The notes under the pieces are model-generated. The model had not been told where the DNA came from and did no database searches. It saw nothing but the letters and a program-made list of their open reading frames with translations. A DNA stretch of 32,000 nt from Massilicoli timonensis. GTDB lineage: Bacteria > Bacillota_I > Bacilli_A > Erysipelotrichales > Erysipelotrichaceae. Made by a program: the position numbers and the translations under genes. The stretch spans positions 1,982,180 through 2,014,179 of the forward strand of contig NZ_LT963434.1 of assembly GCF_900199515.1 (NCBI RefSeq), read 5' to 3'. This document shows positions 9,854 to 17,931 of the stretch, piece by piece. Position 1 is the stretch's first letter, and each line of letters begins with the position of its first letter.

Positions 9854-10252
9854 GTGAACATGAAAGTTGAGTTATCTGTCGATAACAACTATCTCAATTT
9901 ATGTAAAGTGAACGTCATAGTAAATAGAAATGGTAAAAAGAAAATTGATAGAGAATGGGAAAAGGTGGAGCGATTTATTGCCAACAGTAATTTTGCCGGG
10001 AAGAACAATCTGATTGTGAGTCTGAGCATTGACGATAAAACTATCTTCCAGCAGACAAAGGTCAAACATAAGGCAGAATGCTATCAAAGTGTTTTCCATA
10101 TGCTGGAGAGTTTTCTGATGGATAAGCTTCATTTTTATCACAAGCTGACACCTGAAGAAAGAACCAGTGAACTGGATGCTGAATATAGGCGAAACAGACA
10201 GTCTTTGCAGCTTTTAAAAAAGGTTGACAGAAAGATGAGGAGGCTGATGTGA
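9854..10252 (+). CDS. hypothetical protein
   Basis: 132-aa ORF (GTG 9854; alternative ATG 9860), in operon context. Its stop overlaps the next start (GTGA). Confidence 0.6.
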   Translation: MNMKVELSVDNNYLNLCKVNVIVNRNGKKKIDREWEKVERFIANSNFAGKNNLIVSLSIDDKTIFQQTKVKHKAECYQSVFHMLESFLMDKLHFYHKLTPEERTSELDAEYRRNRQSLQLLKKVDRKMRRLM

Positions 10253-10869
10253 AGCACAGTGAGATTCAAAGAAATGAAAGGGAAGAAATACGTAATGAGA
10301 TTATAAAGCTCCTGAAAATAAATCCTTCCTATATGGATGAAAAGGAAGCAGCAAGTCTTGAAGGTCATATTGATCGTATTCTTCTTGAACCTTATTCATC
10401 TGTGAGCAGACAGATAGAATCCTATATGAACCGACATCATGAAGATATGATGATCGATATTATGGATGCTTCAGCTGCATCTTTTCTTGACGAAGAAATT
10501 GAAGCTTTGAGAAAGAATGCAGGAACATTGGATAAGGAACTATCGATGATGCTTGAGTTTGATGCCATGAAATATAGAAAAGGTACAAAAGATGAGAAGA
10601 ATCAAATGCTCACTCGTGTGTTTGAGAAACTTATGATTGCCGGAATGATACTTCGTGATTACAGTGAGGTCATCAGCTATCTAAAAGCCAACCAGGATAA
10701 TGCAGAAGTACTCAAGGATATCGGACGAGAGATCAAAAAGGAACAGTACCGCATCGATAGAAAGTATTACAGCATTGAGGCTGTTGTCAATAAAAAGCAG
10801 ATTACTGTCCTGCAGTTTTCTCTTCGCGAGGGAACTATTCATCAAAGAACGCAGGACAGACAGATATAA
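10249..10869 (+). CDS. hypothetical helical protein
   Basis: GTG start preceded by SD GAGGAGG at a 5-nt spacer. 206 aa, no recognised motif. Confidence 0.65.
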   Translation: MKHSEIQRNEREEIRNEIIKLLKINPSYMDEKEAASLEGHIDRILLEPYSSVSRQIESYMNRHHEDMMIDIMDASAASFLDEEIEALRKNAGTLDKELSMMLEFDAMKYRKGTKDEKNQMLTRVFEKLMIAGMILRDYSEVISYLKANQDNAEVLKDIGREIKKEQYRIDRKYYSIEAVVNKKQITVLQFSLREGTIHQRTQDRQI

Positions 10870-10890
10870 AAGTAAAAGGAGGAGGAATGC

Positions 10891-11124
10891 TTGGAAAGAG
10901 TCGTTAGTGTCATTACCAATATTGTCAATGCTTTGCTGGGATATGCTCAGCAGCTGGCATTGCCTATTGCGATTTGTATGATTGTTGGCTATCTGGTTAT
11001 TTCACAGGTCAGCGATGAACAGAATCAGCAGAAATATTTAAGAAGGATCAGAATGATTGGTGCCATTCTTCTTGCTGTCTATCTCGCACCGGATGTCATC
11101 AACTGGCTGAAATCATTCGTCTAG
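10891..11124 (+). CDS. small two-helix membrane protein, VirB2/TrbC-like candidate
   Basis: TTG start after a strong SD (AAAGGAGGAGG). 77 aa with two hydrophobic helices (LALPIAICMIVGYLVI and MIGAILLAVYLAP) separated by a basic loop (KYLRRIR). It sits directly upstream of the VirB6-like gene. Confidence 0.55.
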   Translation: MERVVSVITNIVNALLGYAQQLALPIAICMIVGYLVISQVSDEQNQQKYLRRIRMIGAILLAVYLAPDVINWLKSFV

Positions 11125-11131
11125 CTAGCGT

Positions 11132-12685
11132 ATGTTTGATGGAATTATACAGACAATCAGCGATACGATTCGATCTATTCTTTTCGGACCGCTGGGTGCG
11201 ATTCTAGGCTGGATCATTGATATCGTAGATATCATTCTGACGGAAATATCAGGTTTTTCATTCATTGACCTGAGCTTTGTGACGAGCTGCTATTCAACCT
11301 GTATGACAATTGCGCTCGTCATACTTCCGCTGAAGCTGGTCTATGAGTGGATATGGCTGGTTATATCGAATGATATTGAAAAGTGGGGACATAAGATCTT
11401 TGCGGTCTTTCAGATTGTAGTCATCATTCTTGCCACGCCTCCATTATTAACGACCATAGGAGATGGAGTAACGCAGATCAACAAGGCTATACTTGCCGGG
11501 GATGTGATTTCAGGAGAATCATCAGCCAGCGGAGAGGATGCCGGAGAAGGGTTTGCAGTAACCATGCTAGTGGCAACGACGGGAATGGAGGAGGAAGAGG
11601 CTCAGACATTCATTGATGATTTTACAGGAGAAGACTTTGATATCAATGCAAGAGATGATGAAGAAAACTACATTTATGAATTTGACTTTATCATGCCGAT
11701 GTTTGTTGGGCTGGTCATGTGGATTATCATCTTCTTTATTGGATTGCAGATGGCAAGTCGTCAGGTATCTTTGGCTTTCTTTAAGATCATAACGCCACTT
11801 TGCGCGTTATCGCTGACCAATAAAGAGAATTCATCAGCATTTACTGTTTGGAAAAATAATATCATTGGACCGTTTCTGATGAATACAGTACAGATATTTC
11901 TGTTTCTATTCATGTTCAAGCTGATTGCTGAACTAGGAACAGAAGCATCCGGACTTGCAAAGCTGCTGTTTACGATTGCACTTCTTCTTGTAATCATAGC
12001 TATTCCAAATAAGGTCGCTGCAATGATAGGCGGATATAATGCTGGTATCATGGAAGGTCTGTCAAGTCTTCAGTCCTCTTTAATCATGACCAGCAGTGCA
12101 ATATCAACAGCAAAAGTAGTAGCTGGAGGAGCAGGTGCTATTGGAAACATGGCAAAAAGTGGTGTTTCCATGCTGGCTCATACACCGAATAACATTGCTC
12201 GAATGAGCGGTACAGCTGTTTCTCATGCAGGCGGAATGAAAGACTCCATCAACCGAAGTGCTTCCCATGTCAAAGAGGCTATGAAGTATGGCGGAGGTGT
12301 TGGCGGAGCCGCAACTATTCTAGGCAGTGATGCCTATCACGCTGTAAAGGATAAGGTTTCCAGAGGAACCGGAGGATTAGGTTCTCAGTTTAGGCAAGGC
12401 AAGAAGGAAGCGGATTTGAAAGCAGCGTTTTCTAAAGATAGTCCGTTAACTTCAAAGGATGTTTCTTCTCGTGAACGCACGATACATTCATCAGGGCAGA
12501 AAATGAAAGATAACGATTATTCATCGGATTCTAAGGAAGATATGAGTGAAAGAATGACTGGACAGACGGGGTCTTTCTCCAGAGATGGGAAAGAAAGCAG
12601 AAGCTCTGAAAATGGTTTTGGAAAGATCAATACAACCGGAAGGCTGAACAAAAGTAGAAACAGCAAGGAAAGGAGGTTCAAATAG
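11132..12685 (+). CDS. polytopic membrane protein, VirB6/TrbL-like T4SS channel component
   Basis: At least six hydrophobic helices (for example IFAVFQIVVIILATPPLL, IMPMFVGLVMWIIIFFIGL, IIGPFLMNTVQIFLFLFMF, LLFTIALLLVIIAIP) and a long G/S/K-rich disordered tail. Located just upstream of the PrgI-like and VirB4 genes. Confidence 0.75.
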   Translation: MFDGIIQTISDTIRSILFGPLGAILGWIIDIVDIILTEISGFSFIDLSFVTSCYSTCMTIALVILPLKLVYEWIWLVISNDIEKWGHKIFAVFQIVVIILATPPLLTTIGDGVTQINKAILAGDVISGESSASGEDAGEGFAVTMLVATTGMEEEEAQTFIDDFTGEDFDINARDDEENYIYEFDFIMPMFVGLVMWIIIFFIGLQMASRQVSLAFFKIITPLCALSLTNKENSSAFTVWKNNIIGPFLMNTVQIFLFLFMFKLIAELGTEASGLAKLLFTIALLLVIIAIPNKVAAMIGGYNAGIMEGLSSLQSSLIMTSSAISTAKVVAGGAGAIGNMAKSGVSMLAHTPNNIARMSGTAVSHAGGMKDSINRSASHVKEAMKYGGGVGGAATILGSDAYHAVKDKVSRGTGGLGSQFRQGKKEADLKAAFSKDSPLTSKDVSSRERTIHSSGQKMKDNDYSSDSKEDMSERMTGQTGSFSRDGKESRSSENGFGKINTTGRLNKSRNSKERRFK

Positions 12686-12720
12686 AGGAAAAGGAAATAT
12701 ATTTTATTCCTAAGAAGAAA

Positions 12721-13002
12721 ATGATCAAGGATAATTTTCTTCTTGGATTTTCATTAAAGGAAGTATTATTCATGGCTGTCGTCGGTGCAGTCTTTTTTTA
12801 TACAATACAGCTTTATGATAAAGGACTTGCTTATCAATGGACGGTTTCAGCCATTATATTTATAGGTGCACTTCTTCTCGAAGTGCCGACAACGCAGCAG
12901 AGGTTTCTTGATATTCTGATCAAAGCAGTAAGGTACATTTTTGTACAGAAGCTTTATTTTCAGGATACAAGAAACAAAGAAAAAGGGAAGGTGAAGAAAT
13001 GA
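12721..13002 (+). CDS. PrgI family / VirB3-like small membrane protein
   Basis: 93 aa with N-terminal FLLGFSLKEVLFMAVVGAVFF followed by a second helix (VSAIIFIGALLL). Both size and position upstream of VirB4 are typical of PrgI/VirB3. Confidence 0.7.
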   Translation: MIKDNFLLGFSLKEVLFMAVVGAVFFYTIQLYDKGLAYQWTVSAIIFIGALLLEVPTTQQRFLDILIKAVRYIFVQKLYFQDTRNKEKGKVKK

Positions 13003-13415
13003 TGGAAATGCTTGTACAGATACTCTCTCTTGCAGTCATGACGGCAGTAATAGTCTGCATGTATCTGCAGAGAAAACCGAAAAAAAGAAGGAATGGAGAA
13101 CCGCCTCTGATCGTTGATGTTGAGCTGGCTGAAGAAGATGTCACGCCAACATTGATTCAGGAGCTTATGGCATGCAATCTGGCAATGAAGAGAAGACTGA
13201 TTGCTGTTGCTGAAACAGGAAATACAGATGAATGCGAGGAGCTTCAGCGAAGAATCATGCAGAATAATCAGTTTATTATTGATTTGTTTCAATATGATGG
13301 AAAGCTAAAGGATATGATGAAGAGCAATCAGGAATCGAAACATAAAAAGGATGATAAGGACAATATTCCTGAGCTGAAAAAAGTCATCGGCAGACAGCAG
13401 AGATTGGATGTGTAG
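12999..13415 (+). CDS. hypothetical single-pass membrane protein
   Basis: ATGA overlap with the upstream gene. N-terminal helix ILSLAVMTAVIVCMYL followed by a basic stretch (RKPKKRR). Confidence 0.6.
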   Translation: MMEMLVQILSLAVMTAVIVCMYLQRKPKKRRNGEPPLIVDVELAEEDVTPTLIQELMACNLAMKRRLIAVAETGNTDECEELQRRIMQNNQFIIDLFQYDGKLKDMMKSNQESKHKKDDKDNIPELKKVIGRQQRLDV

Positions 13416-15858
13416 ATTGAAGAAGAAATTGAAGATACCTGATATTAAAATCAAAGCCAAGAGGAGAAAGCGAAATGAAACCAGCAGGGATTTCATGAAT
13501 CTGCTGATAGATGAAGAAAATGAGACCATACAGTTGGCTGATACTAAGGAATATATAGGAGCTATAGCTGTCAGTCCCTTAAACATCTTTGGAGTCAGGG
13601 AAAAGGAACAGACAAAATATATCAATGTTCTGGAAACATTCGTAAATAACAGAAAGTTTACCAACTATCAGATATTCAGTTCAGAAACTGGATCAGATAT
13701 CAATACCTATCTCCATCAGCTTTCTGATTTGCAAAAGAAAATGGAATTAAGCAATGATAGTGATCGCCTTCGTTTTGAGCTGATAGAAGATGAAAAGAAA
13801 TATATTCAGATGCAGACAGGAAATCGCGATCTTGTTGACAAATATTTTTATATCATCTTCCGTCATGAAGATAAGGAGGAGCTGGAACGTCTGAAACATG
13901 ATGCCATGTATCTGTTCAAGTCCATGTTTTCTGCAAGAGATGTGGATTTCTATGAACATCTACTGACAATCTATCGCTATTTCAATCCCTTTCGCAGTCT
14001 TTACGAAAGAAAGGATATCCGTCATCTGAAGGATCTGGAAGTCTGCGATTATATCAGTCCAATTGGCATCAAGGCAGATAAGGATAAGCTCTCGCAGTAT
14101 ATCTATATTGATGGTGTCTACTGTAAAACATTCCATGTTTATTCATATCCGGATTTTCCTTTTTTTGCATGGCTTTCCTATCTGACAGGATTTAAGGGTG
14201 TAGATTTTTCTCTGCATGTTGAAGACTGCGATTCTGCCAGACTGATGAAGACCTATGACAAGCAGTACAATAATCTGTGCAAGAATTATGACAAGGCAAC
14301 TAAGCGTTCAGAACAGGAAAAGCTAAAAAATGATATGGAATCAGTAGAACTGATGATTGAAAGCCTTTCAAGAGGAACAAAGAAGGCAGTGAGCTTTGTC
14401 GTAACGCTTCGCTTAGAGGCAAGTTCTCTTGAAGAATTAGTTGAATTAGAGAATCTTTTAGTGCAGGAAACAAGCAATCTAGACATGTTGATCAGACAGG
14501 GATTTTTTGATCAGAGGGAGCTTTTCTATTCATCTGCACCATTATGCTGTAACAGAATCAAGGAATACACCAAAGATGTTGTGTGTAATGTCATCAGCTG
14601 GGGTTTTCCTTTTGTATATGAATCACTGAGCGATGATAATCTTCCAATCCTGATTGGACGTTCAAGAAGCATGGGTGGAGCAATCTTCTATAATCATCTT
14701 GTCAAGTCCAAATCAAGAACCAATTCCAATGAGGTTGTCTTTGGATGTACCGGATCAGGAAAGACATATTTTCTCATGTATCTGATACTTCACAGATATT
14801 CCAGAGGAATGAAGCAGATCATAGTCGATGTTGAGGGAAAGCAGATGAACAAGCTGACAAAGCATCTGAATGGTGAAGTCATCAACTGTTCAAACGGAGT
14901 ACTTGGCATCATCAATCCGCTTCAGATCAGAATCACGATAGACGATGATGACTCAGGAGATAAGATTCCACTGCATCGTATCTTTCCGCTTGCTTCTCAT
15001 ATTCAGTTTTTGAGGACATTCTTTGGCATGTATTTTACAGGTCTGGATCGAGTTCTTCTATCTGAGGTTGAGGATGCTATAGAAGAACTTTATAAAAAAT
15101 GGGGCTATTCATTTGAAACAACAGCAGAAGAAATTGTCAAAAAGAAACCTGAAGACTTTCCTGTTATGAAGGATCTTTATGACATCATGGAAGAACGTTT
15201 TGAGAAGGCGGACAGGAATAATCTGGACAAGAAAAATCGCATGGAAATTGCAAAGAATTTCATTAAAAGAATGGCTGTAGGTGCTGACAGTCCGATGTTC
15301 AATGGGCATACAAATATATCTCTTGGTAACGATACGATCTGCTTTAATCTGGCTGGACTTCAGAACAAGGATACGACAGTGCTTCGTACGCAGTATTACA
15401 ATATTTTGAGCTATGTTCTTACGGAAGTCATCTCAGGGAGATTTTCAAAATGGATACAAATCTATGAGGATGAATGTCATGTCCTGATGAACAAGAATAT
15501 GCCTGAAGTCATGCAGTTCCAGAAGCTTCTGATCAAAGTGATTAGAAAATACAACGGAGGTTTGACAACATCTACACAGGAAATTTCTGATATGCTGAAT
15601 GAGTCTGTGAAGGAATTTGGAACAGCACTGATTGGAAACAGCAATTATAAGTTTTTCTTCAAGCAGGAAGCAGAAAGTATCCAGTATCTGAAATCAAATA
15701 AAATCATTTCAGATAAGGATGCTGAATATCTTCAGTATGCAGAAATCGGTCAGTGTCATATGAGTCTGGGAGCCAACGCTTTGCAGATTGAAGTCGTCCT
15801 TCCGGATAAATGCAAGGAACTTTTTGACAGCTTTATTCTGAATGAACAGAGGTCATAA
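13408..15858 (+). CDS. virB4: VirB4-family T4SS ATPase
   Basis: 816 aa. Walker A is VVFGCTGSGKTYF (about 14743-14766) and Walker B is IQIYEDECH. Length and operon position are as expected for PrgJ/TcpF/TraE-type VirB4. The exact start is uncertain (ATG 13408 overlaps the upstream stop). Confidence 0.92.
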   Translation: MCRLKKKLKIPDIKIKAKRRKRNETSRDFMNLLIDEENETIQLADTKEYIGAIAVSPLNIFGVREKEQTKYINVLETFVNNRKFTNYQIFSSETGSDINTYLHQLSDLQKKMELSNDSDRLRFELIEDEKKYIQMQTGNRDLVDKYFYIIFRHEDKEELERLKHDAMYLFKSMFSARDVDFYEHLLTIYRYFNPFRSLYERKDIRHLKDLEVCDYISPIGIKADKDKLSQYIYIDGVYCKTFHVYSYPDFPFFAWLSYLTGFKGVDFSLHVEDCDSARLMKTYDKQYNNLCKNYDKATKRSEQEKLKNDMESVELMIESLSRGTKKAVSFVVTLRLEASSLEELVELENLLVQETSNLDMLIRQGFFDQRELFYSSAPLCCNRIKEYTKDVVCNVISWGFPFVYESLSDDNLPILIGRSRSMGGAIFYNHLVKSKSRTNSNEVVFGCTGSGKTYFLMYLILHRYSRGMKQIIVDVEGKQMNKLTKHLNGEVINCSNGVLGIINPLQIRITIDDDDSGDKIPLHRIFPLASHIQFLRTFFGMYFTGLDRVLLSEVEDAIEELYKKWGYSFETTAEEIVKKKPEDFPVMKDLYDIMEERFEKADRNNLDKKNRMEIAKNFIKRMAVGADSPMFNGHTNISLGNDTICFNLAGLQNKDTTVLRTQYYNILSYVLTEVISGRFSKWIQIYEDECHVLMNKNMPEVMQFQKLLIKVIRKYNGGLTTSTQEISDMLNESVKEFGTALIGNSNYKFFFKQEAESIQYLKSNKIISDKDAEYLQYAEIGQCHMSLGANALQIEVVLPDKCKELFDSFILNEQRS

Positions 15859-15861
15859 TTT

Positions 15862-16800
15862 ATGCAGGAACTGGGCTTAAATGAACTCAAAAAAGTCATG
15901 GTGCTGCCTGTGATTGTCTTTGTTTTTACAGTCTTTATTTTCATTCTGGCAATGAGTTCCTTTGGAGCGTCATCCTCAGAAGAGCTTACATCAGTAAAGG
16001 GGCTTTTAACGACAGAGGAAGGACAAAGACTTTATGAAGAAGTGTGGAAAAAACCGATACAGGAAGTTTATGAGGAAACTCATATCAGCGTTCATATCGC
16101 ATGGGTTATCGTGCCTTCCTGTATGATTGATGATCCTTTCACGATTGGTCATGACAGGGCAAAAGAAATTGTTATGCTGGCAATGGACAGCGAGGGGGAA
16201 GAGTATGTAGAAACATCTCTGGTGAGCTTTGTTGAAAGACTCATAAGCCAGCCAGAATTTAGCGAACTGGATAAGGAAAAGGTTATTGAAATCATAGAAG
16301 CAAATGAGGAAAGTGCTGATATTACGACAATAGGAAATATTCCGGAAGAGCTGGGGGAATATATGAAATTGAATCTTTCTTTGCCAGTGGAAAAAGGAAG
16401 CTGGTCAGGCATTGGGGATGTTGGAATGTACAATCCATTTGGAGAATGGAGAATGCATTATGGAATGGATATTGCTGTGCCGACCGGCACTCCTCTCTAT
16501 GCTGCTGCTGATGCAACTGTTGAAGTGGTTTATCATTCGGAAACCGGCGGAAATACAATCATGATGCGTAATGGAACGCTTATTATCATATATTGTCATA
16601 TGAGAGAACTGTCATTTTTAAAATCCGGTGATACAGTAAAAGCTGGTGATCTTGTAGGATATAGCGGAGCCACCGGACGTGTAACAGGACCTCATCTTCA
16701 TTTTGAAACTTGGTCATCTGATGTTGCAGATGTAAGAGAAGGCTATAGCTATAAGGATAGTATTTTCTTTAACCCACGACTGCTTTGGAATTTTGATTGA
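15862..16800 (+). CDS. membrane-anchored M23 family metallopeptidase (T4SS peptidoglycan hydrolase)
   Basis: N-terminal helix VMVLPVIVFVFTVFIFILAM. M23 motifs: HYGMDIAVPTGTPLYAAADATV and GYSGATGRVTGPHLHFE. Confidence 0.9.
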   Translation: MQELGLNELKKVMVLPVIVFVFTVFIFILAMSSFGASSSEELTSVKGLLTTEEGQRLYEEVWKKPIQEVYEETHISVHIAWVIVPSCMIDDPFTIGHDRAKEIVMLAMDSEGEEYVETSLVSFVERLISQPEFSELDKEKVIEIIEANEESADITTIGNIPEELGEYMKLNLSLPVEKGSWSGIGDVGMYNPFGEWRMHYGMDIAVPTGTPLYAAADATVEVVYHSETGGNTIMMRNGTLIIIYCHMRELSFLKSGDTVKAGDLVGYSGATGRVTGPHLHFETWSSDVADVREGYSYKDSIFFNPRLLWNFD

Positions 16801-16849
16801 TTATTGCAATGTGTTAAAGAAATCAGTTATTTGAAAAAGGAGAAGCGAT

Positions 16850-17176
16850 TTGAAAAAAGAATATTTGAATGTTTATGAATGCAGATTTCGTCAGCCGATT
16901 TCTGATTTTCCAGTCGTGAGAATCGAAGCGGATCCGAAGAATATTGCTGCTTTTATAGTGATGGCAGATTATGAAAAGGACTATGCATTATATGATCAGG
17001 ATGGGAGATTCCTGTTAACAACAATGGGTAAATATGCGGATAGAATTCCTGATGAAAACTTAAGAAAAGATATCCTTGAATATCTGATTCCTATGCAAAT
17101 GGGAGAAGAGAAAATTCCAAAGGTCAGATATGTTTTGGAAAACAGGAAGAAAAAGGAAATGTTAAGAGAAAGATGA
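16850..17176 (+). CDS. hypothetical protein
   Basis: TTG start after SD AAGGAGAAG. 108 aa. ATGA overlap with the next ORF. Confidence 0.6.
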   Translation: MKKEYLNVYECRFRQPISDFPVVRIEADPKNIAAFIVMADYEKDYALYDQDGRFLLTTMGKYADRIPDENLRKDILEYLIPMQMGEEKIPKVRYVLENRKKKEMLRER

Positions 17177-17430
17177 TTAAGATTGTTAACTTTTTAGCAT
17201 TGAATTCTAAAGGAGAGAAGATTAAAAGGATCGCGGCTATAGATACGGAAACGCAGGAACTGACAGCGATAGACTATCAGGAAGATGAGAAGATTAATCT
17301 TTCAGACTATCTTAGCAAGAGAATTGAGATGAATGATGGAAGCGTATATTTTATCAGAAATGATGGCAAGATAGGCAGACAGATACGCAAAGGCAGAAAG
17401 AAGTTTTGTGAACATAAAAGAGGAAGGTAA
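17173..17430 (+). CDS. hypothetical small basic protein
   Basis: 85-aa ORF, apparently translationally coupled to the upstream ORF. Last gene before the non-coding gap. Confidence 0.55.
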   Translation: MIKIVNFLALNSKGEKIKRIAAIDTETQELTAIDYQEDEKINLSDYLSKRIEMNDGSVYFIRNDGKIGRQIRKGRKKFCEHKRGR

Positions 17431-17431
17431 A

Positions 17432-17664
17432 TTTGTATCATGTTTTTTATTATGAATGGTATTAGCATACAGATGTTCATATGTCGTGTGAATCGTATGG
17501 CAAACAACGAAGGAATGCATCAGCGATACAGGCTATTTTGTATCATGATGGGATGACTTGCATCATACGGCAGCTTCCATTCAAATGCACGATAGAAAAA
17601 GCATATACGCATGAGATGCACTCCAAAATAAGGATAAACACGATACCTGCGATACATGATACAT
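17432..17664. repeat. cluster of short direct and inverted repeats upstream of the candidate oriT
   Basis: TTTGTATCATG occurs at 17432-17442 and 17537-17547, with an inverted copy CATGATAC at 17655-17662. CGATAC occurs at 17524-17529, 17641-17646 and 17650-17655, and CGATAG at 17590-17595. Confidence 0.5.
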
Positions 17665-17694
17665 ATTTCACTAAACCCTTTATTTAAAAGGTAA

Positions 17695-17787
17695 AACTCA
17701 CTTCTAGTGAGTTGTTCAAGTCGGGAATTGGCGCATCATTGCGTCACATTCCCTTATCCTGCTAAAAAATCATGAAGTGATTTTTTT
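17695..17787 (+). other. candidate origin of transfer (oriT): two hairpins plus a MOBP-type nic core TATCCTG|C
   Basis: Perfect hairpin AACTCACT-tct-AGTGAGTT (17695-17713). Imperfect hairpin GGGAAT-t-GGCGCA-tcat-TGCGTC-ac-ATTCCC (17723-17753). This is immediately followed by TTATCCTGC (17754-17762), then an A/T hairpin AAAAAATCA-tgaag-TGATTTTTT (17764-17786). Confidence 0.5.
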
Positions 17788-17897
17788 AAGAATTATAGTT
17801 AGATATTTATTCTTTTTCAAAGCTTATCTATGTCGAAAAAAATCAATAAGATTGGCAAGATATAAGACAAATAGTTACTGAAACCCATTAATGATTA

Positions 17898-17906
17898 TGT
17901 TATAAT
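17898..17906 (+). promoter_or_regulatory. extended -10 promoter element (TGtTATAAT) for the AAA/PD-(D/E)XK gene
   Basis: TGTTATAAT lies at 17898-17906, 26 nt upstream of the ATG at 17932, with SD GAGGTG in between. No convincing -35 was seen. Confidence 0.5.
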
Positions 17907-17931
17907 GAAACTAGAAAAGTGAGGTGGCTAT

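Noticed and set aside
17481-17687. 68-aa + strand ORF inside the 17431-17931 gap, and a 38-aa ORF starting at 17440.
   Set aside because: There is no properly spaced Shine-Dalgarno, and the peptide composition is odd. The region is better explained by repeats and hairpins of a candidate oriT.
17711-17730. GTTCAAGTC, reminiscent of a tRNA T-loop, suggesting a tRNA or tRNA-derived att site.
   Set aside because: The flanking bases cannot form a T-stem, and no acceptor or anticodon arms can be drawn.
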